64,000 nt of DNA from Hungateiclostridiaceae bacterium UBA1305 (GTDB lineage Bacteria; Bacillota; Clostridia; Acetivibrionales; DTU013): contig DBTX01000068.1 in the NCBI GenBank assembly GCA_002307275.1, forward strand, positions 3,065-67,064. Direction: 5' to 3'. Both the position numbers and the translations under genes were made by a program. Of the stretch, positions 29,170 to 38,572 are shown piece by piece. The number at the start of each line of letters is the position of its first letter. Within the stretch, counting starts at the first letter, position 1. Below the pieces are notes generated by a model. That model was not told the origin of the DNA and ran no database searches. It saw nothing but the letters and a program-made list of their open reading frames with translations.

Positions 29170-29547
29170 TTATACCGTTTTCTTTCTTTGAACTCCTACA
29201 GTCTTCTTAGGGCCTTTTCTTGTCCTTGCATTGGTCTTGGTCCTCTGACCCCTCAGCGGCAAGCCTTGCCTGTGCCTTCTGCCTCTGTAGCAGCCGATTT
29301 CGATCAATCTCTTGATATTAAGGGAAACTTCCCTTCTGAGGTCGCCTTCTACCTTGTATTCTTTGTCAATAGTTTCTCTGAGTCTGCTTATCTCATCATC
29401 CGTCAAATCCCTAACTCTTGTGTCTGGGTTTACAGCCGTCTTTTTTAATATCTCATTGGCTTTACTTCTTCCCAAACCAAAGATGTAAGTCAATCCAATT
29501 TCCACCCTTTTTTCTCTGGGCAGATCAACTCCGGCAATACGTGCCAT
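29170..29547 (-). CDS. rpsM: 30S ribosomal protein S13
   Basis: [29 protein letters not shown] at 29547 has a GGAGGTG RBS; the ORF-track extension to 29694 is non-homologous. Confidence 0.96.
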   Translation of the reverse strand: MARIAGVDLPREKRVEIGLTYIFGLGRSKANEILKKTAVNPDTRVRDLTDDEISRLRETIDKEYKVEGDLRREVSLNIKRLIEIGCYRGRRHRQGLPLRGQRTKTNARTRKGPKKTVGVQRKKTV

Positions 29548-29892
29548 CTTGTCAAACACCTCCAAATTAATTCCTAAACCGCTTTTGCAACCTGAGCTGA
29601 ATTTACATTGTAAAATCAGCTGTAATGGTAAATTTGCTTCATATTGTTTCCGAGGCAATACACTCAAATCCGGCAAATACCTTTTAAAGTACATGCCCTA
29701 AGTATACGGGCCTTTTATTTATCAATCAACACCTGGATCATGTTTGGAAACCCGAACATGCAGCCGCTCCAAGGTGGTCAATTCAATGTCAGAAAGGGAA
29801 ATTGACAGTGCGCAGCGCGTACTCTATACAAGAATGCCACTTAACGCATATTCATTTACATGAATATCACTGAGACTGCAAATCAAGCCAAA

Positions 29893-29921
29893 ATTATATC
29901 ACAACATATTAAGTAATACAA
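29893..29921 (-). promoter_or_regulatory. Strong internal sigma-A promoter just downstream of rpmJ (alpha-operon promoter)
   Basis: Minus strand reads TTGTAT (29916-29921)-17 nt-TATAAT (29893-29898) with a TG extended -10 (TGaTATAAT). Confidence 0.55.
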
Positions 29922-29957
29922 GGCCTAATCCTTCCAACCATCAATTATCCATCTTTC

Positions 29958-30071
29958 CTATCCCTGTTTCTGTTTGTGCTTTGGGTTTTCACAAATTACC
30001 ATTACTCTGCCTTTTCTTCTTATAATCTTGCATTTCTCACACATAACTTTTACAGACGGTTTTACTTTCAT
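29958..30071 (-). CDS. rpmJ: 50S ribosomal protein L36 (zinc-binding form)
   Basis: Hand translation gives [37 protein letters not shown] with a GGAGGG RBS. Too short for the ORF track. Confidence 0.93.
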   Translation of the reverse strand: MKVKPSVKVMCEKCKIIRRKGRVMVICENPKHKQKQG

Positions 30072-30090
30072 TTTAAACCCTCCTATAGAT

Positions 30091-30309
30091 TTATTTCGCT
30101 CTCCACGTTATTCTTCCACGGGTTAGATCATATGGCGACAACTCAAGTGTCACCTTGTCACCCGGTAAAATTCTTATGAAATTCATTCTGAGCTTGCCTG
30201 AAATGTGAGCAAGCACCTTGTGACCATTCTCAAGTTCTACCTGAAACATCGCATTAGGCAATGCTTCAACAATTTTTCCCTCAACTTCAATTACATCATC
30301 CTTCGACAA
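30091..30309 (-). CDS. infA: Translation initiation factor IF-1
   Basis: [41 protein letters not shown]. Confidence 0.97.
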   Translation of the reverse strand: MSKDDVIEVEGKIVEALPNAMFQVELENGHKVLAHISGKLRMNFIRILPGDKVTLELSPYDLTRGRITWRAK

Positions 30310-30345
30310 AACTCAAAACCTCCTTTTAAAGCAACTGCCATATCA

Positions 30346-30621
30346 TTATTTATTTTGATGTATATCCAGGCCCGCAAGAGCTTTACGCATTTCAGCATTC
30401 GATACCCTTATGCCGCTCTTCAGTTTTTCCTCAACACTTTGCACCTTTTCATCCGTTGCTTTGAGATGCTTGATTTTCTTCTTTTTAGGTTTCTCGACCC
30501 TGCGAAGATCGCCATCCGAAATTTCCACAAAGAGATCATCGATCACTCTGATTACAACAAATTTTCTTCCAGTGTCCCTACCTGCCTGGGAAATAACTAC
30601 TTGACCTAAAGCTATACTCAA
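30346..30621 (-). CDS. KOW-domain RNA-binding protein (the small protein commonly found between map and infA in Clostridia)
   Basis: GQVVISQAGRDTGRKFVV KOW motif followed by a Lys-rich tail. The start overlaps the map stop codon. Confidence 0.75.
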   Translation of the reverse strand: MSIALGQVVISQAGRDTGRKFVVIRVIDDLFVEISDGDLRRVEKPKKKKIKHLKATDEKVQSVEEKLKSGIRVSNAEMRKALAGLDIHQNK

Positions 30622-31400
30622 AAACCCTCACCTCTGAGTTTTGTCAATATGAACGGTTCGTCATCTGTTATGCAAATCGTGTTTTCATAGTGCGCAGAAA
30701 ATCTGCCGTCTATTGTAACCATTGTCCATTTGTTATCGAGCGGTTTTACTTCATAACTGCCCAGATTGACCATGGGTTCTATGGCTATTGTCATCCCTGC
30801 TTCAAGTCTTGGGCCTCTTTCACGCGTTACATAATTGGGTATTTGGGGAGGTTCCCAAAGTTCTCTTCCTATGCCGTGTCCTACATAATCGCGCACAACG
30901 GAATAACCGACTTGTTCGGCACATTGCTGAACAGCTCTGGAAATATCCACAATCCGGTTCCCCTTCACAGCGTTTTTCATACCCTCACGGAAGCTTTGTT
31001 CTGTTACCTTAATGAGTTTCAACGCCTCCTCAGAGACTTTCCCGACAGGGAACGTCCTTGCAGCATCACCGTGAAATCCGCCATAACAGGCTCCTATGTC
31101 AACACTTATAATATCTCCATCTTTTAACTCTCTTAAACCCGGAATACCATGTATAACTTCATTGTTTACTGATGCGCAGATTGCAGCAGGAAAATCAATC
31201 CCGCCTCGTATTGCACATTTTACACCTTTGAAGGTAGGGGTGGCATTCTGGCTTAATATATACCGTTCCGCTATATTGTCAAGCTCCTTCGTAGTGATGC
31301 CGGGTCTTACCGCTTCTTCGATCCGCTTGAGCGTACCTGCTACGATCTCACCTGCATTGCCCATTAATTCAATTTCCGCTTTTGACTTTATCGATATCAT
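30618..31400 (-). CDS. map: Type I methionine aminopeptidase
   Basis: Metal ligands in the contexts GDIISVDIG, GHGIG and IEPM. Confidence 0.95.
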   Translation of the reverse strand: MISIKSKAEIELMGNAGEIVAGTLKRIEEAVRPGITTKELDNIAERYILSQNATPTFKGVKCAIRGGIDFPAAICASVNNEVIHGIPGLRELKDGDIISVDIGACYGGFHGDAARTFPVGKVSEEALKLIKVTEQSFREGMKNAVKGNRIVDISRAVQQCAEQVGYSVVRDYVGHGIGRELWEPPQIPNYVTRERGPRLEAGMTIAIEPMVNLGSYEVKPLDNKWTMVTIDGRFSAHYENTICITDDEPFILTKLRGEGF

Positions 31401-32047
31401 TTCTCCAAACCCAATACCTTATATACTTCCGTCTTGGTGTCCTCAATCCTGATCTTTCCCTCTGCTACCACCAATTTGCCTTTTGCCTTGTAATAGCCGA
31501 TCAATGGTTCTGTCTGGTTATGATAGGTTTTCAGCCGGTTGATCACCGTTTCTTCACGGTCATCTTCCCTCTGTACCAGCTTTGTTCCACAGACCAGGCA
31601 AATACCTTTTTGGGTTTCTTCCATGTAATCAACATGATAACTTGCATTACATTCAGGACAAACTCTTCTTCCTGAAAGCCTTTTGGTGATCACTTCATCA
31701 TTGACGGCAAGATCCAGCACGCAATCCAATGCTGTATCCATTTCAGCCAATATGTTATCCAGACATTCCGCCTGAGCTATTGTACGGGGAAACCCATCGA
31801 GTATGAACCCTTTTTTGCAGTCATCCTGCTGCAGTCTGTCTTTTACGATCCCTATCGTAACTTCATCTGGGACAAGAGCGCCCTTGTCGATGTACTCCTT
31901 TGCAAGCTTGCCCAAAGTTGTTCCACCTTTTATATTGCTTCTGAATATATCACCGGTGGAAATGTGGGGAACCTGAAGCTTCTCTGCCAGATTCACCGCC
32001 TGTGTCCCTTTACCCGCACCTGGTGCACCCAATATAACAAGTTTCAT
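31397..32047 (-). CDS. adk: Adenylate kinase (Zn-binding LID)
   Basis: MKLVILGAPGAGKGTQA P-loop and LID CPECNASYH...CLVCGTKL. The ATG at 32047 was chosen over the ORF-track start at 32095. Confidence 0.96.
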   Translation of the reverse strand: MKLVILGAPGAGKGTQAVNLAEKLQVPHISTGDIFRSNIKGGTTLGKLAKEYIDKGALVPDEVTIGIVKDRLQQDDCKKGFILDGFPRTIAQAECLDNILAEMDTALDCVLDLAVNDEVITKRLSGRRVCPECNASYHVDYMEETQKGICLVCGTKLVQREDDREETVINRLKTYHNQTEPLIGYYKAKGKLVVAEGKIRIEDTKTEVYKVLGLEK

Positions 32048-32206
32048 TTCACTCTCCCATAGGCATTTGTTGTCGGCAAAAGCCTTCCCGCGCAAATTTC
32101 GCTACGATTTCGCTTTACACGCAAATTTTGATGCAATATCGCGTGCATTAAAGCCGGTTCGGCAGCTATACCGAGTTGATATAACTGCTCGAGCCGATTA
32201 TATAAT

Positions 32207-33505
32207 TTATTCCAGGAATCCTTTGTAATGTCTCATCAGCATCTGTGATTCAATCTGCTTCACAGTATCGAGAGCAACGCCGACAAGAATCAGTACGGCC
32301 GTACCGCCAAACCACAGTCCTGATATCCCGGTTATATTACCGACTATAATCGGGAATATTGTAATTACTGCAAGGAACAAGCCGCCAAACCATGTGATTC
32401 TGTTAAGTACCTTGGAAATATAGTCGGAGGTGGCTTTACCCGGTCTGTAGCCCGGTATGAAACCGCCGTTCTTCTTCATGTTGTTCGCAATCTCAATCGG
32501 GTTGAACTGAATCACCGAATAGAAGAACGTGAAGAACATGATCATTAACGCATAAACTATAGCATAAAGCCAATTCTTTTCCGGATTTTTAAACAGGTTT
32601 ACAAACCAATTGTCCGAATTTGCAAAAAACATTGTAACAATCGTAGACGGAAACATCATGATGGACATGGCAAATATGATTGGAATAACACCAGCCAGGT
32701 TAACCTTGATTGGCAGATGTGTACTCTGTCCGCCATACATCTTTCTTCCAACGACACGCTTTGCATATTGGATCGGTATCCTTCTCTCCGCCTGTTGTAC
32801 CCATATGACGCCTGCAATGATGGCTACAAATACAGCAAGTATGAGTATGATAACGATGATCCCGAACACGCCTGTGCCGAAGTTGCCGAGTTTGTAGTTG
32901 TCAATGATCGATAGTGCACCCTGCGGTCCTCTTGAAACAATACCGGCAAATATGATCAGCGATATACCGTTTCCGATACCGAATTCGTTGATTTGTTCAC
33001 CAAGCCACATAAGGAACGCAGTACCTGCAGTAAAGGTAAGAACGATTGTCAGGAAGCTCCAAACAGAACCACCGTCGCTTACGCCTCCCTGAGCCTGCAA
33101 TGTGATATAAAGCGCAACAGCCTGCACGAATCCAAGTACGACTGTGCCGTACCTCACATACTGCTGTATGATCTTTCTCCCTTCGTCGCCTTCCTTCTGC
33201 AATCTTTCCAGTGAAGGGATGGCAACGGTCAACAGCTGCATGATAATTGACGAGTTGATGTATGGTGTAATACTCATTGCAAAGATTGTTGCAAGTTTGA
33301 AAGCGCCGCCTGATACGATATCAAGGAATCCGCCAAGTGAACCGGCCGAGTTAAGCAGATCGGAAAACTTCTGTGCGTCAATTCCAGGATTAGGTATATG
33401 TGAGCCTATCCTGTATACAATAAGCATTGCTACGGTGAATAGGATCTTTTTGCGCAAATCAGGGATTTTCCACGCATTACGCAGAGTCTCCAGCATTCCG
33501 CCCAT
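32207..33505 (-). CDS. secY: Preprotein translocase subunit SecY
   Basis: 10-TM protein with typical SecY sequence (GIMPYI-like ITPYINSSIIMQLL, PGYRPGK). Confidence 0.97.
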   Translation of the reverse strand: MGGMLETLRNAWKIPDLRKKILFTVAMLIVYRIGSHIPNPGIDAQKFSDLLNSAGSLGGFLDIVSGGAFKLATIFAMSITPYINSSIIMQLLTVAIPSLERLQKEGDEGRKIIQQYVRYGTVVLGFVQAVALYITLQAQGGVSDGGSVWSFLTIVLTFTAGTAFLMWLGEQINEFGIGNGISLIIFAGIVSRGPQGALSIIDNYKLGNFGTGVFGIIVIILILAVFVAIIAGVIWVQQAERRIPIQYAKRVVGRKMYGGQSTHLPIKVNLAGVIPIIFAMSIMMFPSTIVTMFFANSDNWFVNLFKNPEKNWLYAIVYALMIMFFTFFYSVIQFNPIEIANNMKKNGGFIPGYRPGKATSDYISKVLNRITWFGGLFLAVITIFPIIVGNITGISGLWFGGTAVLILVGVALDTVKQIESQMLMRHYKGFLE

Positions 33506-33506
33506 A

Positions 33507-33950
33507 CTATACCACCTCTACCTTTCCTCCTGCAGCTTCAATTTTCTCAGAAGCTGTCTTTGTGAATCTTGCTGCCTGAACAGTAAGCTTCTTTGTAAGT
33601 ACGCCGTTTCCAAGAACAGAAACGCCGTCATACAATTTCTTTGCCATTCCCTTTTCCTTAAGGAGTTCGCCGTTAACAACGGTACCATCCTCAAACACAT
33701 TCAAGGATGACACGTTTATTTCTTCATAAACATTTGCAAAGTCTTTATTGTTGAAGCCTCTCTTGGGTACTCTTCTATAGAGAGGCATCTGTCCGCCTTC
33801 GAAACCTGGTCTTACTCCGCCGCCGGCACGAGCATTCTGACCCTTGTGGCCGTGACCGCCGGTCTTTCCGTTACCGGAACCAACGCCTCTGCCTTTTCTG
33901 GTCGATGCTTTTTTCGCACCCGCTACAGGATGCAATTCATGTAGTTTCAA
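33507..33950 (-). CDS. rplO: 50S ribosomal protein L15
   Basis: [35 protein letters not shown]. Confidence 0.97.
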   Translation of the reverse strand: MKLHELHPVAGAKKASTRKGRGVGSGNGKTGGHGHKGQNARAGGGVRPGFEGGQMPLYRRVPKRGFNNKDFANVYEEINVSSLNVFEDGTVVNGELLKEKGMAKKLYDGVSVLGNGVLTKKLTVQAARFTKTASEKIEAAGGKVEVV

Positions 33951-33964
33951 CTTCTACACCTCCC

Positions 33965-34144
33965 TTATATCTCTTCTACGGATACCAAGTGCGATACCGT
34001 TTTTATCATTCCTCTGATCTGAGGATTATCCAGTTGTTCAACTGAACTTCTGATCTTATGCAAACCAAGAGCCTTTACTGTTGCCTTCTGGTTTGCCTTT
34101 GATCTGTTAATGCTTTTCACAAGTATAATTTTAAGTTTAGCCAC
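33965..34144 (-). CDS. rpmD: 50S ribosomal protein L30
   Basis: Hand translation from GTG at 34144 gives VAKLKIILVKSINRSKANQKATVKALGLHKIRSSVEQLDNPQIRGMIKTVSHLVSVEEI with a GGAGG RBS. Not in the ORF track. Confidence 0.92.
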   Translation of the reverse strand: MAKLKIILVKSINRSKANQKATVKALGLHKIRSSVEQLDNPQIRGMIKTVSHLVSVEEI

Positions 34145-34156
34145 TATAGTATCCTC

Positions 34157-34657
34157 CTAACCCAGTATTTCTTCAACGGTTTTACCGCGAAGTCTGGCTA
34201 CCTCATCAACTGTTTTAAGCTGAGAAAGTGCCTGAATAGTTGCGTTAACCATGTTGATAGGGTTGTTGGACCCGAGTGACTTCGTCCTGATATCGTGGAT
34301 ACCAGCCAATTCGAGAACCGCCCTTACAGGGCCGCCTGCGATAACACCAGTACCAGGTCCTGCTGGTTTCAGAAGTACTCTTCCTGCGCCATACACACCG
34401 ATTGCTTCATGCGGGATCGTAGTCTCAACAAGCGGAATCTTTATCAGATTCTTCTTTGCATCGTCTATTCCCTTTCTGATAGCATCAGGAATTTCAGTAG
34501 CCTTGCCCATTCCGCTTCCGATATAGCCGTTTTCATCACCGACTACAACGAGAGCACTAAAACGGAAGTTTCTACCGCCCTTTACAACTTTGGTGACACG
34601 TCCTATTTTAACGACCTTTTCTTTAAGATCCAATGCTCCAGCATCAATACGCTGCAA
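34157..34657 (-). CDS. rpsE: 30S ribosomal protein S5
   Basis: [27 protein letters not shown]. Confidence 0.97.
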   Translation of the reverse strand: MQRIDAGALDLKEKVVKIGRVTKVVKGGRNFRFSALVVVGDENGYIGSGMGKATEIPDAIRKGIDDAKKNLIKIPLVETTIPHEAIGVYGAGRVLLKPAGPGTGVIAGGPVRAVLELAGIHDIRTKSLGSNNPINMVNATIQALSQLKTVDEVARLRGKTVEEILG

Positions 34658-34689
34658 TTTTCATCCCTCCTCATTCAATTACTTGTTCC

Positions 34690-35058
34690 CTAAAAATCAA
34701 GTCCTGCTTCTCTTGCACCTTCAGCGAGCTCCTTGATTCTACCATGATACAGATAGCCGCCTCTGTCGAAAACAACCTGCTTAACGCCCTTTTCAACAGC
34801 CTTCTGAGCGATCAGTTTGCCGACTTCCTTGGCTGCTTCCTTGTTTCCGCCAGTGGCGAGTTTGCCCTTTAATGCTTCATCAAGTGTGGATGTCGCGACA
34901 AGAGTAGTTCCTGTCGTATCATCTATAATCTGCACGTATATATTGTTTAAGCTTCTGAAAACATTGAGCCTTGGACGCTCAGGTGTGCCCTCGATTTTCT
35001 TGCGCACCCTGTCATGTTTCCTCAGCCTGATTTCGTTTTTGTTAGGCTTGTTAATCAT
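34690..35058 (-). CDS. rplR: 50S ribosomal protein L18
   Basis: [32 protein letters not shown]...[24 protein letters not shown]. Confidence 0.97.
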   Translation of the reverse strand: MINKPNKNEIRLRKHDRVRKKIEGTPERPRLNVFRSLNNIYVQIIDDTTGTTLVATSTLDEALKGKLATGGNKEAAKEVGKLIAQKAVEKGVKQVVFDRGGYLYHGRIKELAEGAREAGLDF

Positions 35059-35073
35059 TTTGTCAACTCCCTC

Positions 35074-35622
35074 CTACTTCTTGCCTTTGGCGCCGGTCTT
35101 ACCTTCTTTGCGCCTGATTACCTCGTAATCATACTTGATGCCCTTGCCCTTATAGACTTCAGGCGGTCTCTTAATCCTGATCTTCGCGGCAAATTCACCA
35201 ACCTCCTGCTTGTCACAACCCTTGACGATAAGCTTGTTCGGTGTGGGAACATCAACTGAAATCCCATCCGGCTCATCCATTTCTACCGGGTGTGAATAGC
35301 CAAGAGTTAAAACGAGTTTCTTTCCCTGCTTTTGAGCCCTATAGCCGACACCGTTTATTTCAAGTGTCTTTTCAAAACCTTTAGTGACTCCATCCACCAT
35401 GTTGCTCACCAGAGTCCTTGTCAATCCATGAAGGGATCTATGCATCTTGCTGTCGGAAGGCCTCTCAACGATGACCTTTGTGCCGTCTTTTTTAATTATC
35501 ATATCCTTGTGCAGTTCTTTTGTCAAAGTGCCCTTGGGACCTTTTACAGTCACAATGCTATCTTTTATATCGACATTTACATCTGCGGGTATTTCAATAG
35601 GCATTTTACCTATTCTTGACAT
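35074..35622 (-). CDS. rplF: 50S ribosomal protein L6
   Basis: [12 protein letters not shown]...VKGPKG...GVGYRA. Confidence 0.97.
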   Translation of the reverse strand: MSRIGKMPIEIPADVNVDIKDSIVTVKGPKGTLTKELHKDMIIKKDGTKVIVERPSDSKMHRSLHGLTRTLVSNMVDGVTKGFEKTLEINGVGYRAQKQGKKLVLTLGYSHPVEMDEPDGISVDVPTPNKLIVKGCDKQEVGEFAAKIRIKRPPEVYKGKGIKYDYEVIRRKEGKTGAKGKK

Positions 35623-35683
35623 TTAAAGCACCTCCTGTTCTTAATATTACGAGCTCTTTCGAACCCTTTTCAGAATCTACTTG

Positions 35684-36082
35684 TTACCAGATAAACGCAA
35701 GTACTTCCCCGCCTACGCCTTCAGCTCTTGCTTTCTTATCCGTCATGATTCCCCTTGATGTGGAAATAACTGCGACGCCAAGTCCCCCAAGAACCTTCGG
35801 CAGTTCGTCCTTGTTCGCATAAACCCTTAAACCGGGCTTGCTGATTCTCTTGATACCAGTTATTACTTTCTGTTTGTTTGCAGCGTATTTAAGTGAAATC
35901 CTTATAAGTCCCTGCTTGTCATCTTCTATTAGCTCGACGTTTTTAACAAATCCTTCGTCCAATAATATACGGGCAATATCCTTTTTAATATTCGACGACG
36001 GGATGTCAACTGTTTCGTGCTTTGCTGAGCTGGCATTTCTGACTCTTGTCAACATGTCAGCGATAGCGTCTGTAATATGCAT
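35684..36082 (-). CDS. rpsH: 30S ribosomal protein S8
   Basis: [14 protein letters not shown]...GGEVLAFIW. Confidence 0.97.
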   Translation of the reverse strand: MHITDAIADMLTRVRNASSAKHETVDIPSSNIKKDIARILLDEGFVKNVELIEDDKQGLIRISLKYAANKQKVITGIKRISKPGLRVYANKDELPKVLGGLGVAVISTSRGIMTDKKARAEGVGGEVLAFIW

Positions 36083-36107
36083 ATGTTTAACCTCCTTCCA
36101 AAGATTG

Positions 36108-36293
36108 TTACCAGCTGGCTTTCTTCACGCCAGGTATCTGCCCTTTATACGCCAGAAGTCTGAAGCACAAACGGCATACTCCGAACTTCCTCATGTACGC
36201 ATGAGGCCTACCGCAAAGCTTACATCTGCTATATGCCCTGGTACTGTATTTGGCGACTCTTTGCTGCTTAATTATCATTGATTTCTTTGCCAC
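36108..36293 (-). CDS. rpsN: 30S ribosomal protein S14 type Z (zinc-binding, 61 aa)
   Basis: [12 protein letters not shown]...[25 protein letters not shown] at 36293 has an AGGAGG RBS; the ORF-track extension to 36392 runs into the repeat array. Confidence 0.93.
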   Translation of the reverse strand: MAKKSMIIKQQRVAKYSTRAYSRCKLCGRPHAYMRKFGVCRLCFRLLAYKGQIPGVKKASW

Positions 36294-36311
36294 GTTTATC
36301 CTCCTTTCATC

Positions 36312-36524
36312 GGGGACATTCCTTGGTATGGACTTTGAAGGTGTGTCCCCATTCCTTGACCGACATTCCTTGGTATTGGACATCAGGGACATTCCTTGGT
36401 ATGGACTTTGAAGGTGTGTCCCTATTCCTTGTTAAGGTGTGTCCCCATACCTTGACCGTCATTCCTTGGTAATGGACTCATCTTCAGGGACATTCCTTTT
36501 TCAGGATCTTTGAAGGTGTGTCCC
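36312..36524. repeat. Tandem array (~2.5 units of ~88 bp) with three GGGACATTCCTT...AAGGTGTGTCCC hairpins, in the rplE-rpsN spacer
   Basis: Near-identical hairpins at 36312-36350, 36396-36432 and 36487-36524. They are interleaved with attccttgaccg(a/t)cattccttggta segments. Confidence 0.8.
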
Positions 36525-36548
36525 TGTACCTTGAATTCCCCTAACCTT

Positions 36549-37091
36549 TTAACCCTGAGTGAACGGCATTCCCATAAGTCTCAGAAGCTCTTTTGCTTCC
36601 TCATCTGTCTTGGCAGTAGTAACAAACACGATATCCATGCCTCTTACCTTATCTACCTTATCATACTCAATTTCCGGGAACATAATTTGTTCCTTCACAC
36701 CCATTGAGAAATTTCCTCTTCCGTCAAAGGAATTTACCGATATCCCCCTGAAGTCTCTTACTCTTGGAAGTGCTACATTGAACAGTTTGTCTACGAATTC
36801 ATACATTTTGCTGCTGCGAAGTGTAACCTTGCAGCCGATATTCATACCCTGTCTCAGCTTGAAGTTCGCGATGGATTTCTTAGCTTTCGTAATAACCGGC
36901 CTTTGACCCGTTATGATTGCCAGATCATTCACAGCTGCGTCCATTGCCTTCGGGTTGTCTTTTACTTCACCTACACCCATATTCAATACTACTTTTTCAA
37001 GTTTGGGTATCTGCATTGTGCTGCTATATTTAAACTTTGCCTGCATTGCAGGAATTACTTCCCCAATATATTTATCCTTAAGCCTGGCCAT
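36549..37091 (-). CDS. rplE: 50S ribosomal protein L5
   Basis: [16 protein letters not shown]...NMGVGE...RGMDI. Confidence 0.97.
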   Translation of the reverse strand: MARLKDKYIGEVIPAMQAKFKYSSTMQIPKLEKVVLNMGVGEVKDNPKAMDAAVNDLAIITGQRPVITKAKKSIANFKLRQGMNIGCKVTLRSSKMYEFVDKLFNVALPRVRDFRGISVNSFDGRGNFSMGVKEQIMFPEIEYDKVDKVRGMDIVFVTTAKTDEEAKELLRLMGMPFTQG

Positions 37092-37122
37092 TAGACCTTA
37101 ACCTCCTTTCAAGAAGAATATC

Positions 37123-37470
37123 CTAGTCTTCTTTTGATTCTTTTTGTGTGTCAATGATCTCTCCGCATCTTTTACATACACGATCCTTCTGACCGTCTTC
37201 ATGCACAAGCTTGGAGATCTTGGTCGGAGCCTTGCACCTCTCGCATATCAACATAACCTTTGAGCTGTTGATCGGGGATTCCTGATGGATGATTCCGCCA
37301 GCCTGGTACCTGCTTCTGGGTTTCTTATGCTTTGTCGACATGTTTACGCCCTCTATGAGAACCATCATATCGGCCGGGTTGACTGAAAGCACCTTGCCTT
37401 TTTTACCCTTATCCTTGCCTGAGAGTACGTAAACATTATCTCCCTTTTTAACATGTATATTATTTGCCAA
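37123..37470 (-). CDS. rplX: 50S ribosomal protein L24 with a C-terminal CxxC...CxxC zinc-ribbon-like segment
   Basis: HVKKGDNVYVLSGKDKGKKGKV KOW motif. TTG at 37470 follows a GGAGAGGAGG RBS; the ORF-track extension to 37533 reads into the repeat array. Confidence 0.93.
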   Translation of the reverse strand: MANNIHVKKGDNVYVLSGKDKGKKGKVLSVNPADMMVLIEGVNMSTKHKKPRSRYQAGGIIHQESPINSSKVMLICERCKAPTKISKLVHEDGQKDRVCKRCGEIIDTQKESKED

Positions 37471-37487
37471 TTTAAGCCGCCTCCTCT

Positions 37488-37630
37488 CCTTGGATGTTTT
37501 AGAGGTAATTCGCGCCACTGTGGCGCTAAACATCCGCCTTGGATGTTTTAAATGAAATCCGCGTCATGGACGCTAAACATCCGCCTTGGATGTTTTAAAT
37601 GAAATCCGCACTATAAAGCGCTAAACATCC
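37488..37630. repeat. Three tandem ~47-bp hairpin units in the rplN-rplX spacer
   Basis: CCTTGGATGTTTTA...GCG-loop-CGCTAAACATCCG occurs at 37488-37536, 37537-37583 and 37584-37630. Each unit pairs GGATGTTT with AAACATCC. Confidence 0.85.
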
Positions 37631-37634
37631 TACC

Positions 37635-38003
37635 TTATAGAACTTCTGGTGCGAGTGACAGTATCTTCATATAATCCTTGTCTCTCAGCTCTCTCGCAAC
37701 AGGGCCAAAAATACGTGTTCCTTTGGGGTTTTTATCTTCTTTTATGATAACTGCAGCGTTCTCATCAAACTTGATATACGAACCATCAGGCCTTCTTACG
37801 CCCTTCCTGGTACGCACTATGACACATTTGACTACTTCACCTTTTTTTACAACTCCGCCGGGTGTTGCACTTTTAACCGAAGCAACTATTACGTCACCTA
37901 TATTGGCATATTTCCTCCAAGAGCCGCCAAGCACCTTGATGCACATCATTTCTTTGGCTCCTGTGTTATCTGCTGATTTTACCATCGACTGAACCTGTAT
38001 CAT
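37635..38003 (-). CDS. rplN: 50S ribosomal protein L14
   Basis: [18 protein letters not shown]... Confidence 0.97.
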   Translation of the reverse strand: MIQVQSMVKSADNTGAKEMMCIKVLGGSWRKYANIGDVIVASVKSATPGGVVKKGEVVKCVIVRTRKGVRRPDGSYIKFDENAAVIIKEDKNPKGTRIFGPVARELRDKDYMKILSLAPEVL

Positions 38004-38046
38004 GCCAGTACCTCCTTCCAGTTATACTTCACTTTGAAATCGGCTG

Positions 38047-38304
38047 CTATTTAGCCTTTTCTACGATTTCAACGAGCCTCCACCTTTTTTCCTTGCTAAG
38101 CGGGCGAGTCTCCATAACTTTAACTTTATCACCGTTCTTGCATTCGTTATTTTCATCATGAGCCTTCAGTTTGTAAGTCCTCTTGACGATTTTCTTGTAC
38201 AAGGGGTGTTTTACTCTTGTCTCTATAGCAACAACAATCGTTTTGTCCATCTTGTCGCTGACTACCTTGCCGATCCTGGTTTTCCTTAATGCTCTATCTT
38301 CCAA
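38047..38304 (-). CDS. rpsQ: 30S ribosomal protein S17
   Basis: [22 protein letters not shown]...[13 protein letters not shown]. Confidence 0.96.
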   Translation of the reverse strand: MEDRALRKTRIGKVVSDKMDKTIVVAIETRVKHPLYKKIVKRTYKLKAHDENNECKNGDKVKVMETRPLSKEKRWRLVEIVEKAK

Positions 38305-38368
38305 GCAGGATGCCTCCTTTCATCTAATAAAATCTCGGGAGCATCAAGCTCCTTTCGATTTTGGCCGG

Positions 38369-38572
38369 TTAAACTTTAACTGCCTTTATTTCTCGTTCCT
38401 TTATTATTGTTTTGACCCGAGCGATTGATTTCTTGCAATCATTTAACCTCATAGGATTTTCCAGTTGGTTCGTGACAAGCTGGAAACGTAGTTTGAACAG
38501 CTCGGATTTAAGCTCGCTCAATTCCTTCTGAAGCTCTTCCTGCGTCTTATCTCTCATTTCACTGGCTTTCAT
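38369..38572 (-). CDS. rpmC: 50S ribosomal protein L29
   Basis: [31 protein letters not shown]. The start at 38572 overlaps the rplP 3' end. Confidence 0.95.
   Translation of the reverse strand: MKASEMRDKTQEELQKELSELKSELFKLRFQLVTNQLENPMRLNDCKKSIARVKTIIKEREIKAVKV

Noticed and set aside
29548-29694. An N-terminal extension of S13 suggested by the ORF track (174 aa).
   Set aside because: S13 homology starts exactly at [10 protein letters not shown], which has a GGAGGTG RBS. The extension has no homology and lies in the leader region. Similar false extensions were trimmed for rpsN (to 36293), rplX (37470), rplC (43154), adk (32047), clpP (7651) and rpoA (27844).
36312-37630. The regularly spaced repeats in the rplE-rpsN and rplN-rplX spacers could be small CRISPR arrays.
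   Set aside because: The units are directly contiguous or separated by conserved (not unique) linkers, and there are only about three copies. There is no leader or cas gene. They lie inside an essential operon on the transcribed strand, so tandem hairpin repeats are the better description.
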